A DNA stretch of 39,348 bases from Batkoa obscura (Eukaryota). The notes below the pieces were generated by a model. That model saw only the letters and a program-made list of their open reading frames with translations, was not told the DNA's origin and did no database searches. Location: NCBI GenBank assembly GCA_030770535.1, contig JASVEC010000158.1, positions 1 through 39,348 on the forward strand, written 5' to 3'. Shown here one piece after another: positions 25,342-35,640 of the stretch (the stretch's first letter is position 1; every line of letters starts with the position of its first letter). The translations under genes were made by a program, and so were the position numbers.

Positions 25342-25601
25342 ATGATCAATAGTATCCTTGAATCAGTGATCCAGACTTTGATTCAAACTCTCAAAGCCAA
25401 TGATAATCAATTAAATAAAAAAGTTAAGGTAGATTGCTTTTATTAAATTTAATAATTATCTAATTCCAGTAGGAAGTATCAGAAGCCGTTGTATTGGCTG
25501 ATAGAGCTGTTAAAAAGCTAATTGACTACACTCCCATGATTGATTTTGAGGTCATATCAACACAACTGTCTCCAAATCCTATCCCATTAGAAGATGAATA
25601 A
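25342..25601 (+). CDS. Hypothetical 71-aa two-exon helical protein (not in ORF track)
   Basis: Exons 25342-25428 and 25473-25601 joined by a 44-nt GTAGAT...CTAAT...TAG intron give MINSILESVIQTLIQTLKANDNQLNKKVKEVSEAVVLADRAVKKLIDYTPMIDFEVISTQLSPNPIPLEDE; exons are GC-richer than flanks. Confidence 0.55.
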
Positions 25602-26066
25602 GTATAATCTCTTATTTTGGGAAATTAAGTTGGGTTATGTAAATTAATAAACTATAAATTAATGTCAGCACTCATCAAAACAGTCAAATTTATTTATTTA
25701 TTTGTATAACTATGATATAAGAAAGATTGATTGTAGTATGATTTAATAACAACTCACCTATTTTTGAGAAGCGGAACTATTTATCAAAGTAGTAAAACAC
25801 GGACGCTTAAAACATCTTTATTTATTTTTTAATAAAATTCCCAAACACATTGGATTTAGTATACTTTCATATTAAAAATACACCTTAAAGTATCGCTGTA
25901 TGTGTAAAACTACGTTATAATTTTATTTTTCTATATCTCCAAAGTATTTACTAAATTTGAGAATCACATAAATTATAACCAATCACCAAAACCAAATCAG
26001 TCCAATATAAATAGGAATTTACTAATCTAAACAAGTTTAACAAATATTCATTTATATTGTAAAGGA

Positions 26067-28329
26067 ATGGGAATAAACGACTTAATACCACTGTTAAAGC
26101 CAATACAAAAGCCCATTAGCCTCGACAAATACCGTGGCAAAGTGGTTGGAGTGGACGGATATATCTGGCTATACAAGGCCGTATTTAGCTGTGCTTATGA
26201 GATGGGACTCGGTTATCGCTCACCAAAATTCGACAGTTATCTTAGCAAGTTATTGGATATGTTCGATCACTTTGGTGTGTCCCCTTACTTTGTATTTGAC
26301 GGCAGTGATTTGCCTGCTAAAAAATGTACTAATAATAAACGTGATGAAACTCGATGGGATAACATACATAAAGCCAAAAAGTTTCATGAAGAAGGCAACC
26401 GTACAGAAGCCGAAAATTATTTCAGGAAGTGCATTATTATTTCTCAGGAAGTTGCAATGGGTTTTATTTACATACTAAGGGAAAGGAAAGTCAAATATAT
26501 GGTAGCGCCTTTTGAAGCTGATGCACAGTTAGCTTATTTGGCTAAAACAAATCAGGTAGATGCTGTGATCTCAGAGGATTCTGATCTTTTGGTTTATGAA
26601 TGCCCAACAGTAGATTTTATACTAATTCTAATGATAAAGATTTTAATAATATTCTTAGGTTATATATAAGCTAAACTTACAGGGTGAAGGTATTGAAATT
26701 AACTATAAAGATATTCCAACCGTGCCAATTTTGGGAAAACAATATTCTGACCCAAAAAAATTTAGGCACTTATGTATATTAGCAGGCTGTGATTATTTAC
26801 CAAATATTCGAGGGATAGGCCTTAAAAAAGCAATCCGTTACTTGAAGGATAGTAAAACCTACTTAAATGCAATTAATGGGATCCGACTTAGTGAAAAATT
26901 TGAAGTGCCCCATAATTATGAAAAAGAATTTTATAGGGCTGATCTAACTTTTCAATATCAAAGAGTATTTGATCCACGTACCAATGAAATGGTACATGTA
27001 AACGAACCACCATTAGGTTTTCCAGTTGATAAGTTAGCCTTCCTTGGGCCTAGGATCGATGGTACTCCGATAGTGAATGCGGTTATTACTGGTGTAATGC
27101 GTCCAGACAATTTGGCCGTAATTCATAAAATAATTAGGCCAGAAATGCCTAATGTACCTATTCCTCCCTTTATTGCTCAAATTAAGCCAAGGCCTGAACC
27201 TATAATAATTAATAATACTAATAGTAACGAAAAAGTTCAACAAAATGGATCAATCAAGGGACCACTAGATGAGAACAATAACAACACAATAATAAATGGT
27301 AGCTTAAATAAGCAGCAATCAAGTAGTAAAGCCAATATTTCAGTACATCCGGTTATCCAATCAAGTCCTGAAAAGAGAAAACAAGAGCAAGAGCATGCTA
27401 AAAGGATCAACAATTCAATTGTAGAAAAGGCAAAGGAAAGTATAACTAGTGGAGTGCCCATTTCTGGTCTTGAATATAAATCAGTTAAAGATATCCCGCC
27501 CCGTGTTATGAGCCAGGTTGCACTGAGACAAAGGGTAGCAGAAGCTGAAAAGTTACGAGAGGAGCAGGATAGGCAAAGGGCTATTCAAATTAATATTCGT
27601 CGAAAGGAACTTCTTGCAATGAGTAATGAAGGAAAAAAGATAACTTCTAATGACATACAACCAAACGGTAATAATAAAAAGATTATGCAAAATATGGTTA
27701 TGGCCCCTCTAGTTGGTGAAAACTCAAGTGCCTTGTCATCTAATAAAGTACAGCCAAATGGTACTTATATATCTGATTTACCATCACATTTGGTTCGAGT
27801 GCCTCCAATGGACGTAAAGACAGTTTTATCATCAAATAATAAAGAGGTAATAAGTCAAATTATCGCTAATAGTGTACCAAGAATTAGAGTTGAAGACCTT
27901 CCTGCTACTACAAATTCAAAAACATCGACAACTAATAAGCAACAATCAAATGGGATCGATTTAAGTATTATATCCCAAAATAAGCCTAGAGCTATTTTAG
28001 CTACTACAGATTTGAATATAGCACCTAATAAACAACAGCTAAGGGACGATCCTCAAAATGTTACCCCATCAAAGAAAAAAGTTGTTACAATTACGAATGA
28101 GAACCTCAATATCCTTCTACAACCAGCAACTAAGGAACAGATAAGAGAAGCTAACGCAAGATTCTATGGTAGAGAAATAAAAAGAAATTACTCTACTGCT
28201 ACAGAATCGAGAGATGAGTCTATTGATAACAATGAAGAAGAAAAGGCGAAGGATAACCCAGGTGAAAATAAAGAGGAAGAGATTACACCAACGCGTTGGA
28301 AAAGAGTCAGAGTTGATAGATGGATTTAA
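26067..28329 (+). CDS. EXO1: Exonuclease 1 (XPG/Rad2 family)
   Basis: Exons 26067-26609 and 26659-28329. MGINDLIPLLK, VDGYIWL..CA, VFDG, APFEADAQLAYL, SEDSDLL, CILAGCDYL..IRGIGLKKA, FQYQRVFDP; catalytic acidic residues intact. Confidence 0.92.
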
Positions 28330-29714
28330 GTTATAATGATTAATATTACAATTGTTTTTTGGGTGCTAAAATCAGTCACTTCTATTGGGAGATTATATGT
28401 AGATTTGTCTAAAAGTTTAAATTTTGGTTAATAGAAAGTAATATTTGAATATGTAATAATTTCGATGAGCAGTTTTATATGTAACAGTTTAAAGTGTAAT
28501 CATTTTTTTGATAACAGTTTATGAATCTATGTGTTTAAATCATAACACCATTACTTAGAAAGCGAAATTTGACTTAGTTTAGAGTTGATGACATAACTTC
28601 GTATTGTTTTATTGAGCATTTTAGATATTTGATTTAGCGTTACTTGTTATAAAAAGGAGAAACAGAAACTAAGTTTAAATGTTGAGAATTAAATATAGTT
28701 TTAAAAAAATGATAGAATAACTATTTTTCCAATCTTTTATATTAGTTTTTATTGTTGTTTTAATACAGTGATCTTAAATAATTATTCTTTAAATGAAATA
28801 CTGTCAAATACACTTAATTTTAAATGTCTAATTTAACTCTATTCTGTAGATTTAGCTATTTGAAATAGCGTTTTAAGTAGAATTTATTCAAATTATTTTA
28901 AAAGTGATTCATAAACTTTTTTTAAATAAATAAAAATAAAATAATCAAAGACAATTAAAAATTTTAAACGCCTCTAGGATTCATGAAGTAAACAAATCCA
29001 TTTGTATATTTATCTAGTTTTAACTTTGAATAATTATATTATTGTTGTATTTTATAGTGTTAAAACAGCGTGGAATAAAGGATTGTTATATTACATAAAT
29101 AGTGATTTTTCTTAACATTGACCAAATCATTATAAAAACCAAAAAAATAAGTAGCTTTATAAAGAGTGCCTAAAGTGATATAAATACCATCTTATCTTAT
29201 CTTATCATGCCTATATATAATCATTTAAATGACCCTTAACACTATAAATTCTGATATTATAAAAAATATATAGTTATTTATCCCTTGGAATTATCTAATG
29301 ATATCCCTAAACCCCAAAAGCTATAGTAAATGAAGTGGTTGATTAATAGCCAATGATATGCTTAAGATAACAACATTACACTCAAAAAAGCGATTACCAT
29401 TGGTTACTAATAATTGTATTCCCCGAAATTTGTTTATTCCTGACTTCTGTTCAGATTTTCAAGTTTTAGCGTGGGAAAATTGAAGTATTAATTACACCAA
29501 TAGTAATACACAAGTTGGAGATTTTACAATCATTTATTGGTTTAGAATTTAGAATTTCGATAACAACTCCCAAGCAAGGATTTTATAAATAAATTTATTA
29601 ATAAAATGAGTTAGTTACCTCTCTTTGATCATTATATCCGAGAAACTATGTAAGCTATATGCCTAGCTTTGTTATATATAATACTAACTCTCATTTTTAC
29701 TCTTTATAGTAACC

Positions 29715-31133
29715 ATGTCCGCTGAACTTGGTAAGTTTATTAATCTATTTATATAATATATTCTTATTTTAATGATATAGAAAATAAATTTGGTTCCATT
29801 CCACAAGTTGAAGATCAGTCATTTTATGACACTTTACCAGAAACTATTGCTAAACGTGTCTATGGATTAAAATCCCTCCAAGTAAATATTTATTTAGTTA
29901 TCCTTTGATTGTTTTAAGCTTAACTATTAGGCTGAACAACATGCTCTTGAAAAAAAATTTCATGAAGAAACTATGGCTTTAGAAAAGAAATATTATAGTC
30001 TTTATAAACCTATTTTAGATAAACGCTCTGAAATCATTAATGGAAAAACTGAACCAAGTGAAGAACAAATCGCTACTGGTAAAGAAATTGCTAACCAAGA
30101 TGAAGAAGTAAGCTAACTTTTGCTATTGATTCATTTATATTTATATTATACTCTAGGGCATTACCAGAAAAGGTCCAAAGCCAGACATCAAACAATATGA
30201 AGGTAGAATTGCTTAAAGTAATTTTGTTATGATATTAATATCGTTTAGGTGTACCTGAATTTTGGTTAATGGTTTTCAAGAATAACATTTCTTTGGCTGA
30301 AATCATCACTGAACGTGATGAAGACGCTTTAGTTCATCTTCAAGATGTTCAAATTGAATATCTTGAAGAAGGTCTTGGTTATACCATCCACTTCTTATTC
30401 AACTCAAATGAATATTTCACCAATGAAAAATTAAGCAAATCTTATTACTTCAAGATTCAAGAACCATCTGGTACCCTTGGACTTGACCACTCTGTTGGTA
30501 GTGAAATTGAATGGAAAGAGGGTAAAAACCTTACTGTGATCACTAAATCTCGTAAACAACGTAACAAGGACACCAACCAAACTCGTATCATTAAGAATAC
30601 AGAACCAACCGATTCTTTCTTTAATTTCTTCACTTCTAAAGCTTTGCCAACTGAAGAGAATATGGATGAAATTGATGAAGAAGACTTTGAAAATTATGGA
30701 GAAATTATCGATGAAGATTTCCAGCTTGGAGAAGAAATTAAAGAAAAAATTGTTCCTCATGCCATCGATTGGTACACTGGCAAGGCTCTTGAGTATGAAG
30801 GCTTTGACTTTGATGCTGAAGAAGTAAGTATTATTCATCAATTGAAAAGTAGATATTAATTATTTCATCTTTAGTATGAACAAGACTACGAACAAGGAAG
30901 TTCCGATGAAGAAGATCAAGTTGAAGAATTAGATGACGAAACTGTAAGTAATTGATAGATAAATAGTATAAATTTTTAGTAGTATAATGCTCATAAACAA
31001 TAATTGATTTTAGGCTTAAATGTCACCAAAAAAAATTGATATACAAATAAATAAAGTGCAATTTTTATTTACAAATTTATTTTATTAGATTGAACCAAAA
31101 GGCGAAGAACAACCAGAATGTAAACAGCAATAA
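29715..31133 (+). CDS. NAP1: Nucleosome assembly protein 1
   Basis: Exons 29715-29730, 29781-29881, 29931-30107, 30157-30202, 30249-30823, 30875-30943, 31089-31133. LEKKY, GVPEFWL, NEYFTN, IEWKEGKNLT, SFFNFF, IVPHAIDWYTG, C-terminal PECKQQ. Start may be ATG 29606. Confidence 0.95.
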
Positions 31134-31324
31134 TCCTTTTTTTTGGCTTCCAACCTTTTTCATTTAATATATTAAATTACTTTAATTTTATGATTTTTTA
31201 TTTGTTTTTAAATATTCAAAAATACCATTAAATTTAATTAGTAAACCATAACGCTTTAAATGATATCCAACAAATCTACATTTTATAATTTGTTATATAA
31301 AATTCGATATTTGATATAGCTTTA

Positions 31325-33064
31325 TCATTTATTAGAATTAGTAATAGCTTCAATACACCCAATAAGACTTAAATTGAATAAACTATGATTACTATAAACC
31401 AAAGTAGAAGTTAAACTGTGATAAATATTAAATCCTTTACAAATATACTGCTTAGACACTCCGCATGAAATTTTTTTATGATATCTTATTAGAAAAGTTA
31501 AACACTGCGCTAAATTAGTGAACCCATAAAACACTAGATATTGTTTTGGTAATAAAGATAATAACTCAATACACAATTGACATTGTTTAATAGCTTCTTG
31601 AGTCGTCTTATTACTTGGTCTATCACGAGTGTAAAGTAACTCATAATTCATTCCTTTTAAAGGTTGTTGAAAAAAGTATAATGATAAAATATAATATTGA
31701 TGAAAATGATAAAGTACTTGCACAATTACCTTTAAATACATTAAATGTTTATAGATGGATACACTACTACTATTTTGTTGTAGTGATGTTAACTTAAAAT
31801 AATAATTTAAACTTGTTTTTCGTAGCTGAATTTTAATTGTTGTACAATGTTGATTCAATTTATCACTACTAATATTTGTTGCTGCAAAATAACCTTTAAC
31901 TAAGCGAAGCGAAAATATAACACCAGATAATTCTGATAAATACTCGTTGAATAACATGATTATAGTGTCATGGATAGATGTATACTCTCCTCTAATTTTT
32001 GATGGGATTCGGATTTTATAAGGTGTCATAACAGGTACATCAGACCATAATGAGTTAAGCATAGCAACAAGATTTAATGTGTTGTACGTTAATATTCTTT
32101 CTCTAATTATCTTTTTTGGCAGATGCAAACTCTTATTATGTAACCCAATAATGGACGCCATACATTGCGCAACAACAAACAAATGGTTTCTATATAAGCT
32201 AGTCAAACTAAAATGAGGTAGATGAATAACAATAACAAGGATGGCCTGAACGGTATCCAAATTATGCTTTACATTGTTTATGCAAGATAACATTGTTTCT
32301 AGTTTCATGTTAATATTATATAGCGCTTCTTTAACCTTTTGATCTTGAGATAGCCATGATAAACCAGCAGCTATTATTGACCATTTTAATAAAGGGGATC
32401 TTTGATCGATACTAAACCTATTTTTATCAATAAAGTTAAATACTAAACAACAATTATCAAAGAAGGATTGAATACTTAAACTCATTAGTTTCGAATCGAT
32501 ATCCCACTCTACTTCCTTATAAGAAATAGCTTGATTCTTTTTGAATATGAATATCATAAACTTTTCCACTAAACTCAATAATAGTGACAAATCCAATCTT
32601 ATCTTAAGTGGTGAATGGTATTGTATCAAAGCCATCAAGTTTTGTAACGCTATTTTTCTTGAAAATACCTTTATAAAACGGATAACTTCGTTTTCGTTTT
32701 TTATCTCTTTGAACATTACTCCATTATTTATTATTATTCCGTTATTCACTACTCCATTGTTACTGGTCATTGCTTTATTATTTGGTATAGCTAAACTATT
32801 GGATGATCCTCTGCTATTAACTACTACATTATTATTCACTTTCCTCCATCTGATTTTTTTTTTCGAGTCTTTGTTACTTTTAACTACTTGGCTGTTTTTC
32901 AACTGCTGATAATTGACAAACTGATCTTTCGCTTTAGTTCTTCCAACTACTCGGTCGTTACACCACTCATGTTCCACGGTTAGGTTACCACCAGTATTAA
33001 CCAGTAATTGTTTACAAAATTGGCAAACTTTCTCTTTCTCTTTTTTATATTCTATAATCTTCAT
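31325..33064 (-). CDS. Hypothetical 579-aa protein, possibly a divergent fungal Zn-cluster/middle-homology-region transcription factor
   Basis: Long intronless ORF; N-terminal CQFC...C plus basic patch, Asn-rich linker, helical domain with LDTVQAIL...MASIIGLH...RER, resembling the fungal TF middle homology region. Confidence 0.5.
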   Translation of the reverse strand: MKIIEYKKEKEKVCQFCKQLLVNTGGNLTVEHEWCNDRVVGRTKAKDQFVNYQQLKNSQVVKSNKDSKKKIRWRKVNNNVVVNSRGSSNSLAIPNNKAMTSNNGVVNNGIIINNGVMFKEIKNENEVIRFIKVFSRKIALQNLMALIQYHSPLKIRLDLSLLLSLVEKFMIFIFKKNQAISYKEVEWDIDSKLMSLSIQSFFDNCCLVFNFIDKNRFSIDQRSPLLKWSIIAAGLSWLSQDQKVKEALYNINMKLETMLSCINNVKHNLDTVQAILVIVIHLPHFSLTSLYRNHLFVVAQCMASIIGLHNKSLHLPKKIIRERILTYNTLNLVAMLNSLWSDVPVMTPYKIRIPSKIRGEYTSIHDTIIMLFNEYLSELSGVIFSLRLVKGYFAATNISSDKLNQHCTTIKIQLRKTSLNYYFKLTSLQQNSSSVSIYKHLMYLKVIVQVLYHFHQYYILSLYFFQQPLKGMNYELLYTRDRPSNKTTQEAIKQCQLCIELLSLLPKQYLVFYGFTNLAQCLTFLIRYHKKISCGVSKQYICKGFNIYHSLTSTLVYSNHSLFNLSLIGCIEAITNSNK

Positions 33065-33352
33065 TCGATTTTAGGTTTTATTAAGTTAACTTGGTCAATA
33101 TAAACCAGGTTGTTTTTTGTTTTAACATTTTGTTTTCATACTGAGAATATAAATTATTCTTAGTGTATTAAAGCTGGTGGATAAAGTTTGATTAAGTCTA
33201 ATTTGTAAGTTAAACTGGATTTTGTTCCATTTCATATATTATTTGTTACTCTATTTTTTGCAATTGTTTTTAGTCATTTGGCCCCAATTAGAAGAGTGTT
33301 TTTTCAAATTTCATGCGAGTTTTAAACTCGCGCTTAAAAAGTGAGCAAAATA

Positions 33353-33447
33353 TAATATGTATTTTAGTTTCATCACTTTTCCATTTTTAAGCATTATTTG
33401 AGCGGAAAAATTATTAGTAAAATTATTAAATCCAAAAATACATCCCC
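33353..33447 (+). mobile_element. MITE family A copy 7 (left end decayed)
   Basis: Family core and ACATCCCC-ATAT right end. Confidence 0.7.
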
Positions 33448-33683
33448 ATATGTTTTCATTATTATGTAAGACATTGGTAAATAAAGCTAAGTGATAATTA
33501 TACAAACTTCTATCAAAGTTATCTTAGTTTGATCATTCACTCATTTCCATTCACTGTAATTCCCAGCTTATAGTGAAAATATATGGAAAAAGTTGTATTG
33601 AACTACAACCAAAAAATTATACTTTTATACAAAATAACACAATTTTGATCAAAAGGCTACTACTGATTTGATTAAACACAATG

Positions 33684-33769
33684 TAAGCATTTTCAATTCT
33701 GTAATTGTTGAGTTTAATCATGGCAATTTTTTATTTTCATATTCAACATTACAAAATTGAAAATACTTA
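33684..33769. repeat. Small foldback element (~28-bp imperfect arms)
   Basis: TAAGCATTTTCAATTCTGTAATTGTTGA pairs with TCAACATTACAAAATTGAAAATACTTA. Confidence 0.55.
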
Positions 33770-33770
33770 T

Positions 33771-33866
33771 GGGGATGTATTTTTGGGTTTAATAATTTTA
33801 CTAATAATTTTTCCGCTCAAATAGTACTTAAAAATGGAAAAGCGATGAAGCCAAAAAAACATCCCC
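33771..33866 (-). mobile_element. MITE family A copy 8
   Basis: GGGGATGT...ACATCCCC perfect termini, TTAT direct repeat on both sides. Confidence 0.85.
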
Positions 33867-34251
33867 TTATGTTATATTCAATTGAACTAGTTGTAATTAG
33901 ATTTTTGAAGTTGATAGTTTAGAATTTAGCTTATATTTTTCAATATTCATTCTTTTTTCTCAAGCTTCTATTTTTTTTCGAAAACCTTAAAAGAGCAGAC
34001 AAGATCACAAAGACTTCTTTGTGGAAAACATTTTTAATTCACAATACATAAAAAGTTTTTATCTTTTCATTAGTTTACAGTGGGCCATTTTGCTCAACTA
34101 TTTTTTATATAAAAGTTTAAGAATCTAGCTAAATTGTAGAAAGATTTTTTTGACTTAGATCTCAGTTTGCAAAATTTAGATGACTTATTTCAAAAGCAAG
34201 TAAGGATTTAGTTTATTAGTATTTACGCTTCCTCTATAACTTTTTCAATAT

Positions 34252-34452
34252 AGGGTTTTTCATGAACTTATATTTTTAAGCAATATTGAATTAATGAATT
34301 CGCATTCACCAGAGCACATAAACTTAAATTCATAAATCATTACTAAGTTTAAGAAACAGATCCAAACTATTTGTATTTAATTTTATAATTCTAATGCATC
34401 AAACTTTTTTCAATATTGCTCAAAAAATATATAAGAACTCATGAAAAACTTT
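34252..34452. mobile_element. Second MITE-like element (~200 bp, ~40-bp imperfect TIRs)
   Basis: GTTTTTCATGAACTTATATTTTTAAGCAATATTGAA (34255-34290) pairs with TTCAATATTGCTC...TCATGAAAAAC (34409-34449); TSD unclear; single copy here. Confidence 0.5.
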
Positions 34453-35640
34453 AATACAGAATAGATTGAGCTTGGATTTAATCTAACTTATGTTTTGGAT
34501 AGATTTTAATACATTTGTTATAAACCTATAAACGATAATATATATTTATTTTTAGACGTTAACTGTTGATAAATAAGTGTTACTAATCAACAGTTCCAAA
34601 TATCAGATGCTTAAGGAATGGGTTTTAATATGAAAGAATAGTTTTAAATATCCCGGAGTTTAACAAAGAACCATATTTGATAAAAACTTTTTATAAAAAA
34701 ATTATAGCTGGCATGGCGTTTGCTTAAATTTCAAGTATGGTGTTTTATTTTATTTGTCCGCGCCTCAACTTATTGATCAAATCTGATATTTAAAAAGGAT
34801 CAACTTACAAAATTCCTTATTATTGAGGTAAAAATTTCCAAAAAACTTGGTATTAGGACTAAGAACCTCTCCTCTAACCTAGTTATTCTAGAAACTTGAG
34901 ATTTTTTCTTGTTTTTCATTCTTTTGTTCCTTTCTAAACATTCAAACTTAATATCAGATTAATAACTCCGATTTAGAAACATTATTATTATTATATAGTA
35001 TTATATATATATAAACCTAATTTTAAACCCAAGCTATCAAGCACACAACCTATAAGATCACCTACTTTATAATATTAAATTTCCATTTTTTTGTAATTAA
35101 GCTAAAGGATACGTTTGTCCATTTTTAATAGAATAAAAGGACCGTTGAAAGGGGATCTGGGGACGCGTTATTACAATAAAATATTCATTAAGAATTCTTT
35201 TAAAATTAAATTGATAATGTCAAGATGGAACTAATATATTAAGTTAAAATCATTTTGATAGATTAAGGATATAGAATAACTATAAACAATATATTATGTT
35301 TTTTATTAAAATTTATTACTAATATTAGTAATAACAATAAATTATTTAAACATTGACTTTATTAAATGCAAATTTAGAGTACAGAAATAACAGGTTTAAG
35401 CGACAACCAAGATTAGGTAGAAGATAAAGTAGTTTGATTCAGTAACATTTTTATCATTGGCTACAAACTTGAACAACCACACAACAAAAAAAAGCATGAA
35501 AATTTAGATCTAATGACCTCATAAATTCATTGGACAGAATAGAAATTACAGAAAAAACTATAAATAAGCATCTTCAAGAAGAATGACTATTAATTTTTTT
35601 ATAAAAAGCATCAAAAGATAGTTTTTAATTTTGTTCTATA

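Noticed and set aside
27792..27808. GGTTCGAG T-loop-like motif suggesting a tRNA
   Set aside because: Inside the EXO1 CDS with no cloverleaf or A box.
29191..29206. CTTATCTTATCTTATC triple GATA site upstream of NAP1
   Set aside because: Indistinguishable from a short pentanucleotide microsatellite without functional data.
2419..32909. Antisense and alternate-frame ORFs (e.g. 2419-2637, 6449-6790, 9964-10362, 18145-18600, 30431-30841, 32541-32909)
   Set aside because: Shadows of real CDSs on low-complexity codons; no recognisable motifs.
33315..33331. GCGAGTTTTAAACTCGC hairpin as a Helitron end or terminator
   Set aside because: No CTRR terminus at the expected distance and only one copy.
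4488..33866. The ~97-bp repeats or the 21-nt array as CRISPR repeats
   Set aside because: Eukaryotic context; repeats are dispersed in both orientations with TIRs, or coding without spacers; no cas genes.
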